From an uncultured Micavibrio sp. (lineage in GTDB: Bacteria > Pseudomonadota > Alphaproteobacteria > Micavibrionales > UBA1664): DNA of 64,000 nt. Of this stretch, positions 39,096-47,203 are shown piece after piece. The notes below the pieces were generated by a model. It made no database searches. It was not told where the DNA came from and saw nothing but the letters and a program-made list of their open reading frames with translations. Every line of letters starts with the position of its first letter. The first letter of the stretch is position 1. The stretch is taken from assembly GCA_964531715.1 (NCBI GenBank), contig CAZHEE010000001.1, positions 284,573 to 348,572 of the forward strand. The letters run 5' to 3'. The position numbers and the translations under genes were made by a program.

Positions 39096-39647
39096 ATGAG
39101 AGACGTTGCAAAAGAAATTTATCGATTTTGGTTTGAAGAAACAAAGCCGGCTCAATGGTTTCAGAAAAACCAGGATTTTGACACCGAAATTAAAAACCGT
39201 TTTGAGGGTGATTACGCTCTCGGCGCGAAAGGTGTCTATGACGGTTGGATAAATGACCAGAAAGACTGCCTGTCTTACATCATTCTCCTCGATCAAATGC
39301 CGCGCAATATGTATCGCGGAAAACGGGATATGTATGCCACTGACGGTAAGGCCTTAGCCGCCGCCCGCCATGCGGTTGATAAAGGCTATGACATGATGAT
39401 GACAACGGATGAAAAGGCCTTCACCTACCTGCCTTTTGAGCATAGCGAAGATTTGGAAGATCAAAGAACAGCCGTTTCCCTGTTCGAAAAAACGAAAGTT
39501 GATAATCCTATTTATTATGATTTTGCCGTCAAGCATTTGGAAGTTATCAAGCGTTTCGGTCGGTTTCCACATCGCAATGAAGTCCTCGGTCGTGCCTCAA
39601 CAAAGGAAGAAAAAGAGTATTTAAGCCAACCTAACAGCGGATTTTAG
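39096..39647 (+). CDS. DUF924 family protein
   Basis: The ATG at 39096 (MRDVAKEIYRFWF) is used. The pattern LLDQMPRNMYRG...LPFEHSED...RFGRFPHRNEVLGR.ST.EE matches DUF924. The longer ORF-track start at 38994 overlaps cheR and is rejected. Confidence 0.75.
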   Translation: MRDVAKEIYRFWFEETKPAQWFQKNQDFDTEIKNRFEGDYALGAKGVYDGWINDQKDCLSYIILLDQMPRNMYRGKRDMYATDGKALAAARHAVDKGYDMMMTTDEKAFTYLPFEHSEDLEDQRTAVSLFEKTKVDNPIYYDFAVKHLEVIKRFGRFPHRNEVLGRASTKEEKEYLSQPNSGF

Positions 39648-40252
39648 AATGTAAAATGAGTATGTCTTGGGTCGAATATAGGGTAATCTTCTTTCTCATA
39701 CCCTGTCGTATCGACTACCTCCATACCAGAGCCTGTATGTCTAGGCCTAATCACTGCAGTAGGCTCAGAATTTCTCCGATGACTAAACTCGCCTATATAA
39801 GGATAAGTACATTCTTTTTTTCGAGAGCCAGAGGCTCTGGCAGATGCATTATGCGCAAGTGCAGGTAGATAATGTGGGAGATCTGGGGAATTTTTAGGCG
39901 GCGCTTTAATGTGTAGTTCTTCAAACCTGCCGCATTCGTCATGTAAGGCGTTTAGCCATTCAATCATATAATCTGGAAAGTCTTTTTTATTCTTCCATCT
40001 TTGGCGATATAATAATTGACAATCTGTGTATAATTTTTCAAGCACGGAAGGTGTTTCTACAAGACGAAGTCCTACTATCGCGGCGCCAATTTCTGCAGCT
40101 AATGAACCATGAGGTTTAAATTGTGGAGGTAATTGACAAGCCAGAGAATGAATTTTTATGATTTTTCCATGACTGTCGACATGTACAACACCGAAACCCA
40201 TCATAAGACTGTGCCCTAAAAAACTGCCATCGACATATAAGCAATCACCCAT
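39644..40252 (-). CDS. RNase H-like domain protein with an uncharacterised C-terminal extension
   Basis: 202-aa ORF. YVDGS, AEIGAAIVGL and LYTDCQ correspond to the first three acidic-residue contexts of the RNase H fold, while the last motif is degenerate (AHNASARA). It carries a ~60-aa tail of unknown type. Confidence 0.45.
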   Translation of the reverse strand: MGDCLYVDGSFLGHSLMMGFGVVHVDSHGKIIKIHSLACQLPPQFKPHGSLAAEIGAAIVGLRLVETPSVLEKLYTDCQLLYRQRWKNKKDFPDYMIEWLNALHDECGRFEELHIKAPPKNSPDLPHYLPALAHNASARASGSRKKECTYPYIGEFSHRRNSEPTAVIRPRHTGSGMEVVDTTGYEKEDYPIFDPRHTHFTF

Positions 40253-40290
40253 AAATATTTATACATAATTATTTATCTAACTTCAAGAAA

Positions 40291-40312
40291 AAACCGCTCG
40301 TTGAAGCGGTTT
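40291..40312 (-). terminator. Rho-independent terminator of rpsU
   Basis: aaaccgct-cgttga-agcggttt forms a hairpin. On the minus strand it is followed by a run of T. Confidence 0.7.
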
Positions 40313-40351
40313 AATTTATACATTTAGAGTATATAACGAAAAACAGTTTAT

Positions 40352-40567
40352 CTAAAACCCTTGTTTTTCGCGGCGTTTACGCTCGTCCTTGCGGGCGCGT
40401 CGTACGGCTTCCGCCTTTGTCCGTTTGTTTTTCTCAGACGGCTTTTCAAAATGGCGGCGTTCTTTCATTTCACGAAACAATCCTTCACGCTGCATTTTTT
40501 TCTTTAAAACGCGCAGGGCTTGTTCGATGTTATTGTCATGAACATTTACTTGTACGATGGCTCTCAC
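40352..40567 (-). CDS. rpsU: 30S ribosomal protein S21
   Basis: 71-aa [34 protein letters not shown] is the alphaproteobacterial S21 pattern. The start codon is GTG in the ORF track, and the exact start is uncertain. Confidence 0.9.
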   Translation of the reverse strand: MRAIVQVNVHDNNIEQALRVLKKKMQREGLFREMKERRHFEKPSEKNKRTKAEAVRRARKDERKRREKQGF

Positions 40568-40705
40568 ACTCCTCTCTCAATTTAATCTAGTGGTTTAAGA
40601 TGCCTAAAAGGCCATAATTCACCGATGATTGCAAGCTTTATTTAAGGAACAAATACTTACCACAGACGTTTTACGAGTATCACTTAAACGAAAGGAAACT
40701 TTAAA

Positions 40706-41197
40706 ATGGATACATTAAAAGACGTGTATATTGATCAGCTTCAAGATATTTACAGCGCAAATAAGCAAGCCCTCGATGCATCACAAAAATTACAGGATGC
40801 GGCAACTGATACAGAATTAACGCAAGCGATTGAGCGCGGCACAAGCGGTATTAAGGATGGTATGGCTATTCTAGAAGATATTATCAAAGGACATGGTGAA
40901 GACCCGACAGGCGAATTTTGTAAAGGCATGGAAGGTCTTGTCAAAGAAGTGCATGCCCATGTTCTGGATGCCGATTTCGGTGATGATTCAGTTCGTGATG
41001 CGATGATTATCACACAATATCAACGTATGACTCATTATGCCCTTGCAGGGTATGGTTGTGTGGTCGCATTTGCCAAACGTTTAGGGTTGGACAGCGAAGC
41101 GCATCAGTTAAATGAATGCCTCGACAATACCTATGATGGTGACCGTGCGATGACCGCGATTGCGGAAAATAACGTAAACGAAAAAGCCGCGGCTTAA
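40706..41197 (+). CDS. Ferritin-like DUF892 (YciE/YciF-type) protein
   Basis: 163-aa helical ORF starting LKDVYIDQLQDIYSANKQAL, typical of DUF892. Confidence 0.65.
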   Translation: MDTLKDVYIDQLQDIYSANKQALDASQKLQDAATDTELTQAIERGTSGIKDGMAILEDIIKGHGEDPTGEFCKGMEGLVKEVHAHVLDADFGDDSVRDAMIITQYQRMTHYALAGYGCVVAFAKRLGLDSEAHQLNECLDNTYDGDRAMTAIAENNVNEKAAA

Positions 41198-41223
41198 GGT
41201 ACCATTTAAATATAAATATTTAA

Positions 41224-41264
41224 CAAAGGGAAAGAGTTAGATAGCTCTTTCCCTTTGTTTATTT
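41224..41264 (+). terminator. Rho-independent terminator
   Basis: A 13-bp stem (caaagggaaagag / ctctttccctttg) is followed by tttatttg, just after the DUF892 stop. Confidence 0.8.
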
Positions 41265-41277
41265 GCTTCAAAGGAAT

Positions 41278-41349
41278 GTCATCCCGAGCGAAGCCGAGGG
41301 ATCTTTTAAGTCTGAGATCTCTCCGCTCATTACATTCGGTCGAGATGAC
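41278..41349. repeat. MITE-like palindromic element (GTCATCCCGAGCGAAG type)
   Basis: Sequence is gtcatcccgagcgaagccgagggatc...ctccgctcattacattcggtcgagatgac. It shares termini and internal blocks with 33284-33365. Confidence 0.75.
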
Positions 41350-41370
41350 AAAATTAAAAGAAATTGCTCC

Positions 41371-41488
41371 CTACTTCCGCAAACACCCTTGATATTGCCC
41401 AGCTAAACGGCGGTTTTTTTCCTGCTCCATTTGCGCCTGATTATACCAACCCTCGGCCTTGCGTTTGAAGCTCATGGCTTGCTCACGC
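41371..41488 (-). pseudogene. Truncated duplicate of the 3' end of the lipoprotein gene at 29084-29401
   Basis: About 118 nt align to 29084-29201 with 4 mismatches by my count, including the stop codon. No 5' part is present. Confidence 0.8.
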
Positions 41489-41600
41489 TATAAATCTTTG
41501 TTGACCATTCGGTATTTAAACACCCATAAAACGATAATAGGTCATTAATATGACATCATAATATCTTGTTTTAGTTAAGTTTATTTATTACATTAAGCAT

Positions 41601-42314
41601 ATGAATACCCCCACCATCATCCTTATCTCTCCCCAGTTAGGTGAAAACATTGGCATGGTGGCGCGGGCGATGCTCAATTGCGGCCTGACGGATTTAAGGA
41701 TTGTTAACCCGCGTGATGGCTGGCCTTCGGAAAGTGCGGCGCGTGCAGCATCAGGAGCGCTTGAGAAAGGCGTGACCGTCTCGGTTCATGATACAACTCA
41801 AGACGCAATCGCCGATTTGCATTTCAAGTTGGCCACGACCGCCCGCCCTCGCGATATGGTGAAGGCTGTCTACACCGCAACGGAAGCGATGGAGAAATCT
41901 CATACGCTTATCGCACAAAATCAAAAAGTGGGCGTCTTGTTCGGTGGTGAGCGATCAGGTTTGAATAATGATGATATCGCGCTTGCCAATGCGATTATCA
42001 CTATACCGCTTAATCCCGAATTTACGTCATTGAACCTTGCGCAGGCTGTATTGCTGATTGCTTATGAGTTTATGATTAAAGGTAAAATATTACCAAACGA
42101 AGCTAAACAAGCCGAGGCCGCAACCGCGGAAGAAATCGATTTTTTTACATCACGACTGAATGCAGAGATTGAGAAAGCCGGCTTTTTCCGTTCCGCAGAT
42201 ATGATGCCAACGGCCAAGCGTGCCGTTACAAATCTCTTCACGCGGCAAAGCTGGACAACGCAAGACATTGCAATGTTTCAAGGCATTCTCTCCGCCTTTA
42301 CAAAAGACAAATGA
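41601..42314 (+). CDS. SpoU/TrmH-class RNA 2'-O-methyltransferase (TrmJ-like)
   Basis: 237-aa ORF with the patterns ENIGMVARAMLNCG, FGGERSGL and IPLNPEFTSLNLAQAV. Confidence 0.7.
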   Translation: MNTPTIILISPQLGENIGMVARAMLNCGLTDLRIVNPRDGWPSESAARAASGALEKGVTVSVHDTTQDAIADLHFKLATTARPRDMVKAVYTATEAMEKSHTLIAQNQKVGVLFGGERSGLNNDDIALANAIITIPLNPEFTSLNLAQAVLLIAYEFMIKGKILPNEAKQAEAATAEEIDFFTSRLNAEIEKAGFFRSADMMPTAKRAVTNLFTRQSWTTQDIAMFQGILSAFTKDK

Positions 42315-42369
42315 ACTTTAAGCCTTTCTTTCTATTAGCATAATAGAACAATAAAGGAGCTTAACAGTC

Positions 42370-43272
42370 ATGAGCGAAACAAAACAATCTTGGTTTAAAA
42401 ATACATTAAGTGGTTTATTTAATAAAAGGACTGTGATTACAACAACTGTTGGCGTAGGTGCTGTATTATTGGTTGGCGCTACTGACTATGCCTTGGCGGA
42501 CACTTCTATTGACTTAATGTCTGACGTAACGCACATATTTAACAATGCAAGTGGTCATTTAAATGAAGCTTTAGATTTTGCGAAAGATTTGTTCTCATCA
42601 ATTATTGAAGACTCTTCCGAATTTGTTCCTCAAACCAATGGTAATGATGCTGAGATTATAACGGCCGCAGAGGAAACCACTATCACAGCTGCCGAAGGTG
42701 ATGGCTTTACCGAAACAGTTTTTGTTGATGAGCCAAAAACTTATGTTTTTGGAGGCGAAGAAACAACAACGCATGTTTTTACAGGTGAATCTAAAACTTC
42801 TATCGCTGGTGGTGAAACAACAACATACACTTACACTGCTCCCTTTGAACCTCCTGTAGATGTTATAACAACCGAAACTGTTGACGTTGAAGTAGCGGTT
42901 GAACCTGAACCTCTTGCTATTGAAACTCTGCCTATTGTGGTTGAATCTGGCGATACGGCTCTTGGTATTGCGTTCGACCTTTATGGTGTTCCCTTATGTG
43001 ATACTGAATTTTATGCAGTTGCTTTGGAGGGGATGCAGGCAAACTCTGATGTTGCTAATGTTCATAAAATCTATCCAGGGGATGTATTGAATTATACGCC
43101 TAAGGAAGTCGTGCTTGCCTCTATGGACTTGCCTCATGACGCCGTCAATAATATCTATGGTGAACAAGCTAAAGTATTTACTCCTGAAGAGCTTACCAGT
43201 TTTGAACCCCCTTCCGAACCTTGTAATGATAATAGAGCACCTTTAACACCTGCTCTGGCATTGGCGTCTTAA
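42370..43272 (+). CDS. Membrane-anchored Thr-rich protein with a LysM-like C-terminal segment (hypothetical)
   Basis: 300-aa ORF with an N-terminal TM helix and short GGEETTT/GGETTT repeats. The segment VESGDTALGIAFDLYGV...IYPGDVLNY is LysM-like. Confidence 0.4.
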   Translation: MSETKQSWFKNTLSGLFNKRTVITTTVGVGAVLLVGATDYALADTSIDLMSDVTHIFNNASGHLNEALDFAKDLFSSIIEDSSEFVPQTNGNDAEIITAAEETTITAAEGDGFTETVFVDEPKTYVFGGEETTTHVFTGESKTSIAGGETTTYTYTAPFEPPVDVITTETVDVEVAVEPEPLAIETLPIVVESGDTALGIAFDLYGVPLCDTEFYAVALEGMQANSDVANVHKIYPGDVLNYTPKEVVLASMDLPHDAVNNIYGEQAKVFTPEELTSFEPPSEPCNDNRAPLTPALALAS

Positions 43273-43296
43273 AATTATTTTCTAAACTGAATTTTT

Positions 43297-43311
43297 GTTC
43301 TTTACTTGTTC
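43297..43311 (+). promoter_or_regulatory. Alphaproteobacterial SOS (LexA) box, GTTC-N7-GTTC
   Basis: Sequence gttc tttactt gttc lies 25 nt upstream of the Y-family polymerase ATG. Confidence 0.6.
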
Positions 43312-43329
43312 TATTTTAGCTGTTAAAAA

Positions 43330-43344
43330 GAACACATGAAGAAC
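43330..43344 (-). promoter_or_regulatory. Second SOS-box-like site in inverted orientation (GAAC-N7-GAAC)
   Basis: Sequence gaac acatgaa gaac overlaps the start codon at 43336. Confidence 0.45.
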
Positions 43345-44604
43345 AATAGCACCGTTCAATATATGTTCGTGGATATGAACAGTTTTTTTGCAAGCGTTGA
43401 GCAGCAAGAAAACCCGCATTTGCGCGGTAAGCCTGTTGCCGTTTTGCCCGGCATGACCGAGCATACCTGTGCGATTGCCGCCTCTTATGAGGCAAAAGCC
43501 TATGGCGTAAAGACCGGCACAATTATCCGTGATGCGCTTGAGCTTTGTCCGCATCTCAATTGCGTCCGCGCGCGCCATGATGTCTATGTTGATTATCATC
43601 ACCGTATTGTGAACGAAGCGGACAAACATACGCGTGTGGGCAAGGTTTGGTCGGTTGACGAGTTTTCCTCCCCTCTCTGGCCCTCTGATCAGCCGATTGA
43701 AAAGGCTATCGCCCTGTCAAAACAATTGAAACAAGGCATTGCCGAAAATGTCGGTGAGGCAATCACATGCTCAATCGGGCTTGCGCCTAACGCCTACCTT
43801 GCGAAAGTTGCCTCTGATATGATGAAGCCTGACGGGTTGGTTGTCCTCACCCATGACAATTTGAAAGAAAAGCTTTTCCCGTTACGCTTGAGGGACTTTC
43901 CGGGCATTGGCGTGAATATGGAGAAACGCTTAAATAAAGGCGGGATCTGGACGGTTGAGCATATCTGGAATGCCTCACCAAAACATATGCGCCGTGTTTG
44001 GGGGTCGGTTGAGGGTGAAAAATTCTGGTACCGCCTGCATGGCGAAGATGTGCCTGACAGGCCTGATAGTGATAAAGTCATGTTAGGGCATAGCCGTGTC
44101 CTTGACCCTGCCCATCGCGATCCGCACATGGCAAAACATATCGGACGGCGGTTATTAATAAAGGCCGCGCAACGCCTTCGCCGCGCCGAAATGCTTACAA
44201 CCGTTATGTCCCTTAGTGTCCGCACATCTGATGATGAGAGGTGGTCAATTGAGGAATCCTGCCCGGCAATTGATGATAATTTAAGCTTTGTCCGGATCTA
44301 TACACGGCTATGGGGCAAAATGATGCGGGAGCTTCAACCCTATCGCCTCAAAAAAATAAGCGTGACTTTTCAGGGGCTTCGCCATGCCAAACATGTGACG
44401 GACAATCTGATTGATTTTTCGGATCATGCCGCGCGGCAGTGGCGGGAAAAATCCCAATCCCTTTCGGCCTCAATGGATGAAATTAACCGCAATTTTGGCA
44501 ATGATAAAATTGCTTTTGGTTCATCACCAAAGACTATGGCGGAATTTGTCGGTACAAAAATTGCATTTTCCCGTATTCCCGACATGGCTGAATTCAGGGA
44601 TTAA
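43336..44604 (+). CDS. Y-family DNA polymerase (DinB/ImpB type)
   Basis: 422-aa ORF with the catalytic contexts FVDMNSFFASVE and SVDEF, and the LAKVASDMMKPDG motif. Confidence 0.85.
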   Translation: MKNNSTVQYMFVDMNSFFASVEQQENPHLRGKPVAVLPGMTEHTCAIAASYEAKAYGVKTGTIIRDALELCPHLNCVRARHDVYVDYHHRIVNEADKHTRVGKVWSVDEFSSPLWPSDQPIEKAIALSKQLKQGIAENVGEAITCSIGLAPNAYLAKVASDMMKPDGLVVLTHDNLKEKLFPLRLRDFPGIGVNMEKRLNKGGIWTVEHIWNASPKHMRRVWGSVEGEKFWYRLHGEDVPDRPDSDKVMLGHSRVLDPAHRDPHMAKHIGRRLLIKAAQRLRRAEMLTTVMSLSVRTSDDERWSIEESCPAIDDNLSFVRIYTRLWGKMMRELQPYRLKKISVTFQGLRHAKHVTDNLIDFSDHAARQWREKSQSLSASMDEINRNFGNDKIAFGSSPKTMAEFVGTKIAFSRIPDMAEFRD

Positions 44605-44619
44605 TCAATGACATTTTTA

Positions 44620-45090
44620 TTATCCCGTACCGGTTTGTTTTATCTTTTGCAAATCACCGACAAAATCATTGAAATCCTCAACCTCACGAAAATCCTTATA
44701 AACAGATGCGTATCGGATATAGGCAACATGGTCCGTCTCAACAAAAGCCTGCATGACCAGCTCGCCAATCTTGGGGGTTGGAATTTCATTATCGCCCATT
44801 GCTTCCAGCTGACGCACAATACCGCTCACCATACGGTCAAGTTTGGCATTATCAATCGGACGCTTTCGAAGGGGCATCTTCATCGATTGAAACAATTTTT
44901 CACGGTCAAAAATCTCTTTCGACCCGTTATTTTTGATGACGATCAAATCACGCAATTGTATGCGTTCAAAAGTCGTGAATCGCCCGCCACATTCGGCACA
45001 GTTACGACGACGACGGATGGCGCTCCCCTCCTCGGCCTGACGGGAATCCTTGACTTGTGTATCTTCTGCACTACAAAAAGGGCATTTCAT
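44620..45090 (-). CDS. nrdR: Transcriptional repressor NrdR
   Basis: MKCPFC...C..CG.RFTTFE zinc ribbon plus an ATP-cone. The ATG at 45090 is preferred over the TTG at 45105. Confidence 0.95.
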   Translation of the reverse strand: MKCPFCSAEDTQVKDSRQAEEGSAIRRRRNCAECGGRFTTFERIQLRDLIVIKNNGSKEIFDREKLFQSMKMPLRKRPIDNAKLDRMVSGIVRQLEAMGDNEIPTPKIGELVMQAFVETDHVAYIRYASVYKDFREVEDFNDFVGDLQKIKQTGTG

Positions 45091-45136
45091 ACCTTTATTT
45101 AGCAAAAAACGGATGAAAGGTAAATTTATTAATTGA

Positions 45137-46057
45137 TTATCTGTCCGGACATATTGTTAAGAGAGAGCAATCAATCTGTCTTAAAATATTTTCTGCCGTA
45201 TTTCCAATCAGGAAGCCCGACAGTCCGCTCCGCCCGGTTGTTCCCATAATCAACAAGGCATCATCTTCGGCATTAAGAATAGAAGGAATGACTTTATCGG
45301 CCTTTCCTTTTTCAATGATGACATCGTAGGGCGATAAAATTTTAATTTCTTTCAAGAAATTATCTAAGCTTTTACGATGTGCCGCCTCGGCATTACGTAT
45401 TATGTTTTCAATTTCATCTTCACTAATATTTGAAAAAACGGAATCGCGTAGGAAATTTTCATGTTCAACAGACCAGCATGAAATAATTTTTAATCGCGAA
45501 CCGTTCGCCATGGCGCAATTATCGGCTTGTGAAAGAAGCTTTTCATTTAACTGTTTGAGCTCATCTGAATCTGCTTCCGGATCGATTGCAACAAAGATAT
45601 TTTGGTCGGCATCGGAGTCACAGTAATCATTATCCTGATTTAGAAATAATATCGGATAATGTATTTTTCTGATAAAGGATACATCAATCGGGGCATAACC
45701 TTTTGCACCGTTATGGAGCGTTTCTGCCTGTTTGACAATCAGGCTATAGTCAGGGTTATCGTTCAAAAACTGAATAACATGCTTGATGTAAGGCTTTCCA
45801 GTTATGGCTGTGATCCCGCCCATTAAAGTACAATTATTTTCGGCCTCAAATGCATGAATCGCTTTTTGTAAAATGTCTTTTTGTGCCTGAATATAACTAT
45901 CATGCAAATGCTGATATTTTGACGGAACAGGCTCGGATACTAATAAAATATCCAAATTTGCCTTCTGCAAATGCGCCATATGCAATAACGGAGATAAAGA
46001 TGATGCGGCAAGAGTATCTCGCCCTGTAATGACTAACAGAAATTTATTATCTTTCAT
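45137..46057 (-). CDS. Tandem universal stress protein (UspE-like)
   Basis: 306-aa ORF with two Usp halves. The C-terminal half ends with MGTTGRSGLSGFLIGNTAENILR. Confidence 0.75.
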   Translation of the reverse strand: MKDNKFLLVITGRDTLAASSLSPLLHMAHLQKANLDILLVSEPVPSKYQHLHDSYIQAQKDILQKAIHAFEAENNCTLMGGITAITGKPYIKHVIQFLNDNPDYSLIVKQAETLHNGAKGYAPIDVSFIRKIHYPILFLNQDNDYCDSDADQNIFVAIDPEADSDELKQLNEKLLSQADNCAMANGSRLKIISCWSVEHENFLRDSVFSNISEDEIENIIRNAEAAHRKSLDNFLKEIKILSPYDVIIEKGKADKVIPSILNAEDDALLIMGTTGRSGLSGFLIGNTAENILRQIDCSLLTICPDR

Positions 46058-46117
46058 CAGCGTGCCTCCTCATAAATTCCCACAGTTAACTATATCCGAA
46101 TTTTTGGATTTTTCAAA

Positions 46118-46705
46118 CTATGCCGCCTCGATTGCGTCATCTTCGGCGGTTTTAAGTCTTGGCAATGTCACGCCGCGCTGCCCCATATATTTGCCTGCAC
46201 GGTCGGCATAGGTAACCTCACAAGGGCTTTCGCCCCTGTAAAACAAAAATTGGCAAATCCCTTCATTGGCATAAACCTTTGCCGGCAAAGGTGTGGTATT
46301 TGAAATCTCTAATGTCACCTGCCCTTCCCAACCAGGTTCGAGCGGTGTGACATTGACGATCAAACCGCATCGCGCATAGGTGCTTTTGCCCAGGCAGATC
46401 ACAAGAACATCATCAGGAATCTTAAAATACTCGACCGTGCGTGCGAGCGCAAAGCTGTTCGGCGGAATGACGCAAATATCGGCCTTGCGCTCGACAAAGC
46501 TGCTTTCATCAAAGTTTTTCGGGTCAACAATCGCGTTATCAACATTGGTGAAAATCATAAACTCATCGGCCAGTCGCGCGTCATAGCCATAGGATGACAG
46601 ACCGTAAGATATCATCCCCTGTCCGCGTTGTTTCTCAACAAACGGGTCAATTAAGGCATCAGATTTTGATGTTTCACGTATCCAGTGATCGGGAAGTATG
46701 CTCAT
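46118..46705 (-). CDS. dcd: dCTP deaminase
   Basis: 195-aa ORF with the patterns [18 protein letters not shown] and EPGWEG..TLEI. Confidence 0.9.
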   Translation of the reverse strand: MSILPDHWIRETSKSDALIDPFVEKQRGQGMISYGLSSYGYDARLADEFMIFTNVDNAIVDPKNFDESSFVERKADICVIPPNSFALARTVEYFKIPDDVLVICLGKSTYARCGLIVNVTPLEPGWEGQVTLEISNTTPLPAKVYANEGICQFLFYRGESPCEVTYADRAGKYMGQRGVTLPRLKTAEDDAIEAA

Positions 46706-46818
46706 TGATCTTGTTTTTTCTCTGCTTTTGCCTTGGCAACAACTTTGCGGCGTTTCAAATTGGCTTTTAAAGCCGCGGCTCTCTTGTCTAATTTATCCTG
46801 CTGTTTTTCTTTCGTCAT
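46702..46818 (-). CDS. Possible 38-aa lysine-rich small protein, translationally coupled to dcd
   Basis: Hand-translated [41 protein letters not shown]. Its TGA overlaps the dcd ATG (ATGA). It is too short for the ORF track. Confidence 0.3.
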   Translation of the reverse strand: MTKEKQQDKLDKRAAALKANLKRRKVVAKAKAEKKQDQ

Positions 46819-46919
46819 GATACGCATAAATCCTTGATAGGCTCAAATATTTAGGCTAAAACATCCACAATAATCAAGCATTTTCGCTTTGGTTTAGATG
46901 AATAGGTAATTTTTCGTTT

Positions 46920-47025
46920 TGTTGATAACGAAAATGCGTGGCTTTTGAGCCTCGCACCGCAGTGAATATTTCATTCATGAGGAGCGAAGTGAAAAAACGC
47001 GCATTTGCAGGACAATAAAACGAAA
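46920..47025. repeat. Degenerate MITE-related sequence adjacent to tRNA-Thr
   Basis: It contains the atttcattcatga core and the ggagcgaagtg block shared with other elements, plus the cgaaaatgcg/cgcgcatttgc inverted pieces. Boundaries are approximate. Confidence 0.4.
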
Positions 47026-47033
47026 AAGAAGAA

Positions 47034-47108
47034 GCTGCCGTAGCTCAGTGGTAGAGCGCACCCTTGGTAAGGGTGAGGCCGGGAGTTCAATTCTCCTCGG
47101 CAGCACCA
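47034..47108 (+). tRNA. tRNA-Thr (anticodon GGT), CCA encoded
   Basis: Hand-folded cloverleaf. The acceptor stem is GCTGCCG/CGGCAGC and the D stem is GCTC/GAGC. The anticodon stem is CACCC/GGGTG with loop TTGGTAA. The T stem is GGGAG/CTCCT with loop TTCAATT, followed by ACCA. Confidence 0.9.
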
Positions 47109-47203
47109 TTAAAAATCGTATATTTTTAAGTATAATTTATAACTCATTCATTGAAAAGAGTTCTTAGTATATCCATATAATTATATGCATAATATCAAAA
47201 TTA

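Noticed and set aside
44608-45102. 164-aa plus-strand ORF
   Set aside because: It lies entirely antisense to nrdR, which has unambiguous zinc-ribbon and ATP-cone motifs. It has no recognisable motifs of its own and is treated as a shadow ORF.
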